This document shows, in pieces, positions 46,545 to 59,519 of a stretch of DNA of 64,000 bases; position 1 is the first letter of the stretch; every line of letters begins with the position of its first letter. The position numbers were made by a program, and so were the translations under genes. The notes below the pieces were generated by a model. The model made no database searches and was not told the DNA's origin. It worked only from the letters and a program-made list of their open reading frames with translations. This DNA is from Psammoneis japonica (Eukaryota), in NCBI GenBank assembly GCA_008632985.1, contig QPGO01000095.1:183681-247680 (forward strand), given 5' to 3'.

Positions 46545-47957
46545 CAGCTTTGGATCATGCAAGTGGTGCCTTTCAGAAAACTGGTCAGTGTGTTTGTGCT
46601 GTTCTCTTCTTGTGTGCCCAGCAGGGTGCCTCTCCTCCTGCCTCTCCCCCAGACCTTGCACAACAATCAGGCGCCCTTTCCAGCTTCGCTGCTCCTCTCA
46701 TCATTGTTCATTTGTGCTTCAAGCACAAACTGCACAAGCTTGTGTGTTTGCTGCTGGGAGCACCTGCTGACACTCACATCATCTTGCATGGGCGCACACA
46801 CCATCTCCTCTGCTTTTTGTGTGGCCAGCCAGAAAAGGCAAAAAAGTTGATTTGATTTTCCTTCCCTCTGAATTTTGCTGTTGTTGCTGCTGCTGTCTCT
46901 TTTTCCCTCCAGCTCTTTCCAAGTTTTAGCAGATCTGTGCTTGCAACAGCCTTCCCTTTTTGAAGAGCATTTTCTTTGTTGTGCTGCTCACCCCTTGTTG
47001 CTCTTTGTGTGTGTGTGTGTGTGTGTTGCAGCAAGACAAGCTTGTGTGTGTGCTCTCTCTCTCTCTCCAGGAGAGCAAAAAATGGCAACCTGCCAAATCC
47101 CTCTTAGGATGTGTTCCAGCCACACTTGAAAAAAGTGCAAAAAATGAACTTCTTTTTGGGCAAATGCAGATTTTGCTTGGCTGCAAAAAACTTGGGAATG
47201 AACTTGTTGCAAACCCAAAGCAGTGTGCCACGCATGCTGACAAGACCTGCCAGAGTGCACCCAAACAAGTTGTCTCTCTTCATTTCCTGTTCACAAAGCC
47301 AGTGCTCTTTGGGTGGCAAAAATTGGTGCTTTGTCTTCAGCATTTGCAGCAAAAATGTTTGGGAGAGCCCCGCAGCAGAGAGCCACAGGCACAAAGGACT
47401 CTTTGCTGCTTGGCCAGAGCTTTTTTTTTAACCACACAGGAAGAAGAAAAAGCTGCCGCTGATGTGCCCACAGCCAAAAGTGAAATTGCTCACAAATGAG
47501 TCAGCAAAGAAGAAGATCCAGAGAGGAGGCCCACCCTGTTGGCCACCTTGCTCTTTTTCTTGCTCACTTTTCTCTCACATCACTTTCTTGCCACAAAGCA
47601 GTGCACAAAATGTGCTGACGGGCCTGCTCCAGCTCCAGGTGACACGCACAGGTTCGATTTTCATCACTGGCCTGTTTTTGCATTTGGCCCAATGAACTCC
47701 TTCAAAATCAAGTTTTTTCCCAAATCAAAGGGTGAGTGCACACAAAACACACGGGGGCGTGTGTTTTGTCTGCGGCACTCACACCTTTCGATTTTCGAAA
47801 CGATCAAATTTGAGTGAGTTTGGTGCACCAAACTGCGCAGAAAATTGGCCTCTCACGTGATGGATTTCTCATCACCTGGGGCTGGAACAGGCTGTCGGGA
47901 ACTTTGCTTTTCGCTGTCATCCCAGATCACTGGCTGCTGTCTCCTTTGTGAAGAGTG
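46545..47957. other. TpA-depleted degenerate repeat-like block flanking copia element 2
   Basis: Very few TA (seen at ~46927, ~47105, ~47429); no recognisable protein. Confidence 0.6.
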
Positions 47958-47962
47958 GCACT

Positions 47963-50900
47963 TGACAGAAATTGAAGGCAAATGGCAAGAATTCAAACAA
48001 CAACTCCTTGCTGCTGTCCAAATGGCAGATGAGTCTCCGCTCAGAGACCGTTGCAGGAGCCGAAAGACGTGCAAGTCGGCATGATCGGGCTACTGTTGTC
48101 ATTCTTGTGAGCCTTGTGGCTCGAAAGCAAACTACATCGCGCGTGAACGCGCGGAACTAAAGCACACAAAACTGTGCACGGCAAACTAAACAGCGCGCGA
48201 TGCTTCACGCGCACCCAAATCCTGTTCAAATCCTGTCACTCCCCAGTTTGCTTGAGGAGCCACAGAAACAGATTCGACTTCGGATGGAATGAAGTTCCAG
48301 AACATGAGGGGGCGGAGAAGGTCCCAGATTTGGGAGCAACCCCAATGCTTGCTGAGAATGTCAGCAGGGTTGCGGGAACCTTCGATGAAGTGGAACTCAA
48401 GGCAACCAGAGGCAATTGCCTCACGCACACGGTGGAACGACAGTGCGGTGTGTCGCTTGTGTAACTTGGAGTGCGGGATGGTGGCACTGTCTACAACCGA
48501 CTTGTTGTCACCGAACATGTAACTAACGTTGCGGATCGGGACGCCAAGGCAGCGCAGGGTGATGCGCAGGTCGACAATCTGCTCAACACAAGTCCTTGCG
48601 GCAACAAATTCAGACCCGTAGGTCGCAGTCTCCACGGTGGCTTGTTTCTTAGAGAACCAATCAGCCGGGAATTTGTTGAGGAAGTGGAGCATTCCCATGA
48701 CAGAGCGTCCGGTGAGCATGCAATGGTGCAAGTTTGCACCGACGTAGTGGGTGGCAGTGACGAACTTGCCAAGGGGCGGTGGAGCGTCCTTCGGGATCAT
48801 CTCTTCTGCTTCACCACACACGGAATGCATCCATTCACAGGCCGGAGCAGGGAGATCCGAATAGTCGGGCTCTTCCGTGCGAACGTGGAGAGCACCGTGT
48901 CGCATCTTGGAGAGGTGCCCACAGACGCGTTTGGCACGATCCAAGTGGCCTTGACGGGGCACAGCTCGGAAGCTAGAGAGTGACATGACGGCCGTGGCAA
49001 TGTCAATTCGACCAAGGGACACTGCCCATTGGAGTGAACCAACAAGAGACTGGAACTTGTGAATGCCATCGGGTCCCAGCAGTTCGGAAGTGTCCAGTTC
49101 GGGGTGGTCACCCTTCTCTAGAGGTGACAGGGCGTTGGTGGTGGGTTTCTCCCCAAACAGTCGGGCATAGCTGTCGACCATGTGCTCGATGTACTTGCGC
49201 GGAGACAGGCACAAGGTTCCGTCGGGTTCCCGGGAAAAGTCACAACCCAGATGGAACTCAATGGGTCCCGCACCCTTGAGCTTGAACTTGTGCTTTTCCG
49301 TGAGAGTGTCGACGAAAGATTGAGGGTCCTTCATGGCAATGGCGAGGTCATCCACATAAACGGCAATGTGTTCACAGTGGTCGCCGTTCCTGCGCATCCA
49401 AATGTCGGGTTCGGCGCGGCAGGGGAAGAAGCCTTCAGCTCGCAGGCAGTCGGCGAAGCGCTCGTGCCAGCGGAGACCGGAGCTGCGCAGTCCACACAGT
49501 GCCTTGTGGATGACAAGGATGTGCCCTTCGAGTTTGCCGAACTCGGGTCCAGCTACAATGTAAAGCTTCTCCTTGGTGGTGGCTTCAAGGCAGGCATTGC
49601 CAATGTCGGTGGCCCATGTCTCCAACTCGTTGAGTTCGGCCAGGAAAATCATCAGCCGAAGGCCACGGAGGGAGACTACTCCGGAGTAGACACTGTCGAC
49701 AGGTACGTCCGTGAGGTGCCTGTCGGCTACGAGTCGTGCCTTGTGGCGACCGTCGTGTTTCACGTCGTACACTGGGTGCACTCGGATCTTCTTGTGTCCC
49801 GCAGGAGGAGTGGAAGATTTGGAGGGCCCGCAGTCATGGAAGACTTCGTATTCGTCGAGTTGGTCCATCTCGAGATTAGTTGCGTCTCCCCACTTGCGGT
49901 TGCCGTTGCGTTCATCTAGTGACATGGCGTGTTTGCAGTTCCGGGGAACTTCGCATCCATGCTTGTAGCGAGGTGCAGTGCGGAAGGAGCGAAGCTTGGC
50001 TTGGTTGGCCATGCGAAATAGCTTCTTTTGGCGCCTCGCGATGGTGCGGAACCGCTTCCATCCATCCGTGTCGAGGAGTCCGTTCTCTCGTGCATAGATG
50101 GCACAGGTGACGGGGTCGTCCTTGGCAATGATGGCAAGAGGCTCGGACGTGATCTCCCCACTTTCCCATTCAAGCATGATGTTGCAGCTGGAGCCTTTCC
50201 AGGTTGGGTCGTGAGGCTTCAGAGGTCCTTCGTGCGACACGATGCGTCGAAATTTCCAAACAGTGGTGTCTTCGTCTTCTTGCTCAATGTGATTCATGAT
50301 GTCATTGCAGGCAAGGACTTCCTCGCATTCGTCATTGTTGACAGAGCAGACGAACTTAGTGAGCTCGGGATTGCCGTTCACTTTCCATTCGTGGTCTTCG
50401 ACGGCCTTGACGATGCAAGCTCTGTGGCATTGTCCGTCCTCTTGTGGCTGCATGAGGAAGGTACGTCCAATGATGTCTTGCGGATCGAAAACTGGCATCT
50501 TGGGTGTCCTGATCTCCCCATCAGGAGAGTTGACGGGGTTGTTGTCATGGCAAGATTTGATGATGGGTTCAGGTGGCTCCCCATCAGGAGGATCAAGACG
50601 CAGGTTTCGAACGGCAGGATCGGGGGTAGCGGAGCGGACGTTGGACCGGTGGAGGATCTTCTGAGTCTCGTCAGATAGAATCTTGAAGGTCATCTGGTGG
50701 CCGACGTGCTCAGCAATGCCAACGAAGCGTCCACGCAACTCACGGGATTCGGACGGCCAATCGGAGTCATCGAGGTGGAAGTACACGGGTTCCCACCAGT
50801 GAAAGCGAAGCAACGGGCTGATGTCCGGGGTGGAGCCAGTGAGAGTCTCGAGGGGCGTGCGCCAGTGGAGACGTGGGGACGCTGCATGGTTGAGTGTGAA

Positions 50901-53900
50901 GCACACGCACATGAGCGCCAGCAGCCATGCATGGGCGGGCGAACCAAAACGATCCATGACAGTGTTTGCCATGCGCTTCACGGTCTGGTGTCGACGTTCG
51001 GCAAAGTTTTGGTGTTGCTGGTGAGGCTCACTTTGCCAGCTAGAGATGAATGGGGCGCGTAGGATCCCGAGCACTTTGTTGCTGATCTCAACTTGAGCAC
51101 GGTCGCTAATGAGTTTGGATGGGGCACCACGTTCACGGATCTGATCCTTGAGTGTGTTGACAAACTCTTTGTCCGTCTCAGTGCCGCAGACGTCAGTGAC
51201 GGTAGACTCGGTGCCAACAAACAGTTGGGCGCTGGTGCAACCAGAGTCGACGGCCGGGGTGTCGGCATAAACGGTGTCAGTGGCGACAGGCTCGTTGCGG
51301 CGGTGCACATTAAGGGCGGGGTTGGGTGATTTGCAGGCCTTGCGAAGGTGTGCACCGGCGGGCATGCGGGCGCACTGCGTGGTGCAGTCAAAAGTGCGAC
51401 GGACCGCATCGGTGGGCAAGAAGCCAAAGTGAGGCCGAAGAGACTCGAAGGGGGGGTCCTTGGGCTGTGCAGTGCGCTCCGGAGGTGGAACGTCATTGCC
51501 CTGGGGGCCAATCGCATGCAGATGACACTCGTAGAACACGTCGTCGTTCGGAATGAGGTGATCATCGAGGACGGACGCGTGATCGGCAGACAAGGAAGCG
51601 GACATGATGGTCTCGTTGACAACGACACGATGACGGCAGTTGCCGCACTCGTCAAACAGGTTGGCAGTGGGATCGTCCTGCAGGTCAGAGATCGCGTCGC
51701 ACCACTGGTCGTCGTCAGTGACAGAGTGATCGAGGACGGAAGGGTCCCATGTGTCATCACCGGTGAGGATGACATGGGGCAGGGTGTCCCATTCGGCGTC
51801 AGTGCAAGGTCGCATGGCAACATGAGGCAGGCCAGCCTTGATGTCAATGGGGATGACATGGCCATCAGGAGTGGCAACACGTTGCAAGCCGTTGGGCACC
51901 TTGACAGAGCGATCGTTGACATCCTGTTTGTGCCATTCGAGCTGGCCGCAGGAATGGATGGTCTTGCCCTTTCCCGTGTGTGCGCACTGATGGAGGATGG
52001 CGATGACGGGACCACGCTGGGTCTCAATGACGGCACCAGCTGTGACAATGGGGATGTCCACCAATTGATGATCGTCAATGCCCTGAACGTCGACTTGGCG
52101 AGAGGTGCGTGCAATGACGCGAACGTCGTCGCCAGCAATGCCGCCGTTGGCCCCACGATCGACTAGAGCGCCAGTGCGTGTGGATCGATGAGCAGAGGCA
52201 GAGCAAATGACATTGTGGTTGTTGACGCGGCGGCAAGTGCGGCCGTTAAGTTCCATGTCATCTGCAGAAGCTGGCGGGGTAGAGGAAGCGGCGGATGGCC
52301 CCGGTCGACTGGCATTGGGGGCTTGGTCAGGAGACAACAGATGTTGCAGATCACCGGGTGGCAGTGGCTTGCGCTTGGTGAGGTGCGCCAGGATGGGGTC
52401 ATCCGAAGTGGCGTCCACATGTGGGGCGGAGTCACCAGAGTCAGCAGGAGTCGTGTTGGACAAGTTGACATCACCGTCACTCCCAAGGCGTTGGTCGTGA
52501 AGGTTGGCCGTAACAGACTCATGGCAGTTGCTGGCTCGCGGGTTGCGGGGAGGTGGACGAGAATGCTCAAGGATGATCGCCTTGGAGGAATCGGGCAACG
52601 AATCCCAGAGCCGTTGGTGGTCGGGAGGGAGACGTCTCCATTGGACACCGGTGAGGCTGGGACCGCGGGTGTGGGCAGCATTGGCTTGAAGGACGTCAAC
52701 GTCGCTGTCAATGTCGTAGAACACATCGTCGGACGGTTCCTCGGAGCAGACGTCGTGTGCGCATGTGGCGCATCGGGGAGCTCGAGGTGTCGTCTTGGGT
52801 CGAAACGTGCTGTCGCACTGAGCTGCCGCGGAGAGGAGCAAGCCACAGTGTTGATCGCATGTGAGGCTCTTGCCACTCTGCGTGCGATGCTGATCAGCTT
52901 GGTTCTTGACAGCACGGAGTTCCTCGACAGGGTGCACGGCATTCTCGAGCATGACGCGCTTCTGTCCTTCAGAGAAGTGGTCACTGGCCGGGATGAGTGC
53001 CTCGCACTTGCGCAACTGATCTTGCCAATGAAGGATGAACCCGTGGGTCGGACCTTTCCAAGTGCCATCACCAAGACGCGCGGTGGTGAGGTGCGTGAGC
53101 AGGGTGGAGGACTCGATGGATGCGCGGGTGGAGGCAAGCGCGTGCTCAGACAAGGAGCGGCAGACGGTCTGTGCGTCAGAAGACCCCACATTTTCGCGAA
53201 TGAGAGCCTTGCCCTTGTCGGTGAGAAGGATGCGTTCGAAGACGGCGAACATGCACTTTTGCTGTTCAGCAAAGAGCAGTTTGTCTTCGGGGGTGGTCGG
53301 TTTGTACGACGAGTCTAGAATGCACTCGACGTCTTGGGCGCGGGCTTGTGCCACAAGTGAGGTGTGCCAAGTGTGCCACTGCTTGTCGGATTTGAGAGCC
53401 GTGAAAGCGGTGGGATCACGCTTGATGCCTCGCTTGAAGTCCCGCACCGGGTCGCGTGCCTTGGTCGGGTTGGTGACATGTGGAGGTGCAAAGGGGTGAG
53501 CTGCCGATGGACACAGAAGACATGCAGTCGGGGCTGAGGCGGCAGGCAAGGAACTCGTCATGCGCGAACAAAGAGGAGTCGTTGGCAACGTCAAGACCTT
53601 TGTGTGCTTTAACAATGCACAGACTGACCAGTGCTGCTAACATGTTCTTATGACCACGGGGCAAAGGGATTACATTGGTGCCGTTGTCGCACTCAAGCGA
53701 GTCGATTTGGGACGGCATGAATGTGAACAGTTCCTGATGCGAGTCCGTGCCGTCTTGGGCCAAAGCCAAACGAAGAGGACTCCCAGCACCTTGGGCAAGC
53801 ATGGTTCCAACCACGTGCTCGAAACCATCGGTTTGTTGCTGACGAGTGAGAACCATGGCAGACAAAAGTGGTGTCAGGACAATCAATTCTGGTTGGGAAG

Positions 53901-55072
53901 CCAAGGTAGACTCGAAACTTGGGTGAGAGTGGACTTGACTTGAAATGGACTTGACTTGAAATCTTGAACTATCTTAAAATCAGAAGTCACCGGGCTTTGT
54001 CATCCCGTTCGTTGTTTGGGTGCTAAACTTCCTGTCCGGTCCGTAGAGTTGTGCCGGCACGTCCGAACCCGCAGCCAGCGGCGCTTTGGGTTGCTTGCGA
54101 GCGGAGCAGCGGGTTGTAAACCCCTGCAGGTAAGCTGACTGGAGGTGGACAAGACCCCCGAACCGTTCTCATTTTGTGTCGGTTGGATTTCCCGATCAGG
54201 CTGGCCAGTTGACGCAGGCGTCAGGCGCTGTGGACGAACGAACAAACGCGGGAAAGCACCCTCGCCCCAACGCAGGCTGCAATCACGGCCACTTGCTCTC
54301 ACAGTCATCCTCGTGGACCTAGTAGAACTGCAGAGCACCAGTGGTCCGGGGCAGATCAGGTACAATGGACTCGGTGTGCTTGTAGAGTGATGGCAAAACC
54401 GCAGTCCGAAGAGTGGGTACAGGTTCTTGGCCGTGAAGATATGTATATATATACATGTCTTCAGCGACGAAGATCCTTGAATATGCAGGGTTCTTGACCG
54501 TTAACCGATGAATAGGTATATCAAGGGATGAGGATCAAGGATAGACTTGGACATGACCGTTGAATGTATGTCTTCAGCGATCAAAAGTAGTATAATCAAT
54601 CCAGATATCCAGCGGTAAGGAGACTTGACGGTGACGTTAACTTCCTGCCGATGCCCTGGTATTGAATGCGCGTAGACTTGCCGATGTATGTAGAATATAT
54701 ACGGAGGTCCACGTAGAATTGAAATAGCGCCGTTGGTAAATCAACGACGACGATGGCGGTTGCTCAATGGGTTGACAATGAGCAAGACTGTTAATCTGAC
54801 AGAAATTGAAGGCAAATGGCAAGAATTCAAACAATAACTCCTTACTGCTGTCCAAATAGCAGATGAGTCTCCGCTCAGAGACCGTTACAGGAGCCGAAAG
54901 ACGTGTAAGTCGGTATAATCGGGCTACTGTTATTATTCTTGTGAGCCTTGTGGCTCGAAAGCAAACTACATCGCGCGTGAACGCGCGGAACTAAAGCACA
55001 CAAAACTGTGCACGGTAAACTAAACAGCGCGCGATACTTCGCGCGCACCCAAATCCTGTTCAAATCCTGTCA
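47963..55072 (-). mobile_element. Full-length Ty1/copia (CoDi-like) LTR retrotransposon, element 2, same family as element 1
   Basis: 276-bp LTRs at 47963-48238 and 54797-55072; TSD GCACT at 47958-47962 and 55073-55077; 7110 bp long. Confidence 0.97.
48186..53856 (-). pseudogene. copia gag-pol polyprotein (gag-PR-IN-RT-RH), open for ~1780 codons but missense-riddled
   Basis: LVDRGANGG, integrase ATDT...ISDRA...QNFAERR, YVDD. RNase H reads YVGANL (D->G). An extra A near 53491 separates the gag start (53856). Many Tyr->His/Cys changes. Confidence 0.9.
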
Positions 55073-55440
55073 GCACTTGCGCATGCTCGCCGTTCTTGGC
55101 GATTGGTCAAGCTTCTCTGCAGTGTGCTTCTCTGCCCATCTGCCCCGCTGTTGTCACATGTGGTGGCGCCGTGACAGCCCTCTCTACTGGGAGTAGCCAC
55201 TAGAGTAGAGAGCACACACGGGCAGGGCTGAGGGCGTTCAAACACATCATGATGTGTGTCTCTAAAAAAATGCCCCCCGCCCACGGCACGGCGCGCGCAA
55301 GCCAAGCAATGCAAGATGTCTGTTTTTTCGTCATCATGACGTTTTATTGCCGCGCCTTTTGTCCGACGTCAGCTTGCATGCCGATTTTGCTTCCGATCTT
55401 TCTGTTTTTTCCAGTTTGGCCTCATTCTTTGCCCACTACC

Positions 55441-56979
55441 ATGGTGAAACAATACGCAGATCGCCGTCGGGCTTCGAGCATCGCCCTTCAACACAATGAG
55501 GAACGCAAGCCAAAGACGGCGAGTGATTTTGTCAAGTTTTCAAAGGCCATCATTGAGTTTCAGGTGCGTCATTGAAAAGAATCTTGAAGCAATACCGTCG
55601 CGTGTTTCGAATTCCTTCAACAGCTCGGCGACAATAAAAGCTGGTTCACATGTTCTCAAATATCACTGATTTTCTACTGCATTGTAGATGCTTGCTCTCC
55701 AGAGCGAACTTCAGTTGCTGGAGGAGCTCTCTGGAATGAGTGATGACGAAAAACTCGCTGCTCTATTTGCGATGCTCGATCAGGATGGAAACGGCGTGCT
55801 CAACGCTGGCAGAACTTGCACAAGGTCTTTCCACCATTGGTGGGGAAGAATCCTTTGAAGAAAACATGGAAGCGGCGGTGAAAAGTATTGCTGCATTTGA
55901 TTCAAATAAAGACCAAGTTTTGGATCAGAGCGAGTTTAGCAACCTTATCAAATCGCTCGCGCCGGTGATTGGCTGTTCTCTTCAAGAGCTTTCCGAAATG
56001 CTAGTCATGAAGGTTCTCTTTTCAGAAGAACGAATTGCCAGCTATGATGTGCCTGTGAAGTCTCAGGATGATTCGGTGGAAACAAAGGACGTTGCGTTGA
56101 CGGAAAAACCAAAGATTGATCCTTCGCTCCGTCGCGCAATGAAGGATCGACGCATGAAGGCTCTCTTCAATGTGTTTGACCAAAGCGGTGAAGGTGTGGT
56201 GGATTTCAAGGAAGTTGTTGTTGGTATGTACAAGATTATGGAAAATATGGATGAAGCCAGCCATGCGGCCGTCGCTGCTTTGCTATTGTTTGATGAAAAG
56301 CAAACCAGAGAGCTCAGCTACAAAGACTTTGCCAGGCTCATTCTTAATGTCGTGGCATCGTCACCAGACAATGTCACGTTCAACGATGTTGCAGATACCC
56401 TGACGAGAAACGCTATTAATGTTTCCTCTGGTATCACGTCTGACTATGTCATGAAGAAGCTGCGTCTCGATGCGGAATCCAAACTCCTACTGGACATTTC
56501 CGATGACGAGGAGTTCAGCAATCTCGACGTGGTTGAGTTGGCAAAGATGGATCGACTGTTCAAAGTGTTTGACACAAACGGAGACGGATTTATCGACTTG
56601 TCCCATCTCATTCTTGGCCTCCGGTAGGTTCTTAATGATTCTTCTTTGGTTCTGTCTCTTACATAAACGCTGACTGATTTCTTCTCGCAAAATTCTTGGC
56701 AACAGCAAGTTCCATGCTACAACTGGTATGAAAACAACGGTAGAAGAAGCTACCAAAGTAATGAAAACATTCGACAAGAGTGCTAACGGAAAGCTCAACA
56801 AGGAGGAGTTTGCTTCTTTTATTGTCAACTTTGCTAGCACGGCCAATGTCGAGCTTGTCGACATGGTGGATTTTATGATTGTTATTGGCTCTGTGTATGA
56901 CAACACGGATGCTGAGTTGGAGTATTTGAAATCAATCGGCGTTGGGGGAGAAGAAAAGATCGACTACTGGTACGGATAA
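55441..56979 (+). CDS. Multi-EF-hand calcium-binding protein; exons 55441-55563, 55688-56623, 56706-56979; 1-bp frameshift near 55808
   Basis: EF loops DQDGNGVLNA(A)E, DSNKDQVLDQSE, DQSGEGVVDFKE, DTNGDGFIDLSH, DKSANGKLNKEE; GT-AG introns. Confidence 0.85.
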
Positions 56980-57293
56980 TGCCATCAAACGTGATGTGCG
57001 CTTATAGCGTTTACTTGATTCAGCTACTTCTACGAAACATACTGTGTACTTTCTATCCTGCTTTCTATACTACAGCATGCGGCAATCATCGACTATCCTA
57101 GACGCACATTCGTTTCCACAGAGAACTAGAATCTATTTTTTTATCCTTCGGTTTCTTGTTCATTATGAAACATGCATGATATCATGTAAGATGACCCGAC
57201 TTAAATCGAATGCTCACGCTAACGAGACACGTGCACGCATTCTACATCTAAGTGGTACTTGGCAACCCTCCAATCAAGCTTCCTTGAAAAACT

Positions 57294-58376
57294 CTAGTTA
57301 ACATTGTCATCATAGAAATCGACGTCTTGCACCGCTTCTTCGCATTTCACCAGAATAGTGATGTCACCGATTTCCAAGGTAGATCCATGGGGGACAACGC
57401 AATAATCACTCTGCGATTCAGGAGTGATCTTGTAATGGTATCCGTCGAAAACGCGGTTGAACCGTTGATAGGAGCTCTGCCTGTCACAAGGGTAGAAACG
57501 CATCTTTGTCCCAACCAACATGCCTTCACCATGGCCCACTTGCAGGCACATGTCATCATCATTTTCGCTGTGAAAAAGGAAGGAACCCGTGCTCGTTTGT
57601 TCATACCTCCATCCATTCCCAGGTCCACAGCGATCAATGTATACTTTGTCACTTTTGACTGGCACCTTTCCATTCTTTGGCATCACACAGGCTGGAACGC
57701 CGTCGGGAAAACCAGCAATGATTTCCCAGAGGTCTGAATCACTGTCATTCTCTCTGGCCTGTACAAAGTCAAACTTGTATCGACGACTTCCGCCACAACG
57801 CTTGGCATGAATCGTATCTCCTTCGTCAGGAGTGCTTCCTTCATTTGTCACACAGTAATCGTCGTTAGGAGAGACGAGTTTGAGCGTCTCAGAGCTCGAG
57901 GAGAGTCTGAATTGATTCAGATTGCTATTGATATTGCAATCATCCAGGCGCATGACGCCGCCGCCGATGTTATTTCCATCGTTCACAATCATGCACATAC
58001 CAGGATACTTCCTGCTTTCAATCTTTCTGTCGCTTCTGAGTTGGAAGAGCTGGTAGCTCACCTCTTCAATGTCGTCGACATTGTAAGGCTCGCAACGCGA
58101 AAAGCGTAGCATGCTTTCGTAGAAGGATGCCTCGTTATAAGGCGTGGGAAGGTCGGGGGCGACAATGCACCAATCCTGAGAGCTGCTAACCAGTGAAACA
58201 ATGAAGGAAAAGTCTTCTGATAACTGGCGATCATCGGTATCAGCGGCTTCGTGATCCCACTTTCCGTTGCTATAGTCGCCGAGCCTAGCTCCCCACACTG
58301 GGATGAGGGCAAGTATGAAACTAGTAGGGCTTTCTGAACAAACATTGTGCTTTCTATCGCAAGAAAATGGCAACAA
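57294..58376 (-). CDS. Ricin-B (beta-trefoil) lectin-like repeat protein; 5' end uncertain
   Basis: Repeated C-(V/L/M)...C...Q-x-F/W units (MCMIV...DDC...NQFRL; MCLQV...YPCDRQSSYQRF). Confidence 0.65.
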   Translation of the reverse strand: MLPFSCDRKHNVCSESPTSFILALIPVWGARLGDYSNGKWDHEAADTDDRQLSEDFSFIVSLVSSSQDWCIVAPDLPTPYNEASFYESMLRFSRCEPYNVDDIEEVSYQLFQLRSDRKIESRKYPGMCMIVNDGNNIGGGVMRLDDCNINSNLNQFRLSSSSETLKLVSPNDDYCVTNEGSTPDEGDTIHAKRCGGSRRYKFDFVQARENDSDSDLWEIIAGFPDGVPACVMPKNGKVPVKSDKVYIDRCGPGNGWRYEQTSTGSFLFHSENDDDMCLQVGHGEGMLVGTKMRFYPCDRQSSYQRFNRVFDGYHYKITPESQSDYCVVPHGSTLEIGDITILVKCEEAVQDVDFYDDNVN

Positions 58377-59519
58377 ACTTAGAGAGATGGAACTCGAGAC
58401 ATGCAGGACAACACGACTTGTTGTTTCTTCTCACCTTATACTATTTTCTTTTTATGAGGGCTTGGTGGGCAGTGGGGTCGCAAGTTCATTCTTCGAGAAC
58501 AACGATTTGGGAGTCGCAAATTAACTCACGAGTAGAAACGGAGTGCGTTACTGTGCCCTCCTACAGGTCGTCTCTGTTCCACTTGAACAAAGCTCGCGTT
58601 TGCATCTCTGGAGTCGCAATTCAATAATGATAGAACAAGCCGCAAGTTCAAAATCATAAGAAGAGAATCACTGGTTAACCACGAATTCGCGTCGCGAATT
58701 ATTAACCGAATCCCGATAGTAAAGAAAGAGCGGAATGACAGAGACACAAAGAGAGAATCGTTAATTGAATCAATCCCACGGTCCCAGGGCAGTTCGTCGA
58801 TCTCTTTCACTATAGCAACACCAACTCTAACCGCGATGTTTGATCCCGGAAGTACTTAGCGTCCACGACAGGGGATCGCATTCTCTGACCAATCAGTAAA
58901 GCATCAAGATTCGCGTTCGCTTATCCCATCACTTTTAAGACGACAAATCGCTCAGCCATTTAGGAATTAGGGCCTAAGTCTTTTGTGATTGTCCTGGAAT
59001 CTACCGTAGAACAATGTTGGCTCTTTCACGCACATTCGCGAGTTTCTCTCGAAGAAGAACCTCACCATTGTGTCGATTGTACCTTTCATCTGCACAGATT
59101 CAATGACAGTCCTTTCGGTGCATACCAACATCAAAGGAGGACGTTGGCTAATACGCAGGTGAACAACAATGAACGACATGGTTGTCAGGGCCGTTCCATG
59201 CTGATTTCGCCAGCGGGATTATTTTTCGCGCGCAAAAAATTGAAAATCAAAAATCGCATGTATTGTACGTCTGGGAGATTGTACAAAATGGGTGTGCAAT
59301 GTTCGGCCCAACAAATTAGCCGTCATACGCAAACTCATTACTCAAGTTTTGTAAGTAGAAAGTACGAAAGCTTTTGTACGGAGAAACGAACGCGGAGTCG
59401 AAAAATTGCTTCAACCTTCAACGACACGCAAGCACGCAACCGGAAAGCTTTCAGGTTGCGCGCAATGTCGAGACATCTGCTGGGCGTCTTGAGTAGCTGC
59501 TGTCGTTTTTGAGACCGGC

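Noticed and set aside
47963..55072. ADAR-type RNA editing or RT error as the source of the A->G changes
   Set aside because: Changes occur on both strands and differ between the two LTRs of one insertion, so they post-date integration.
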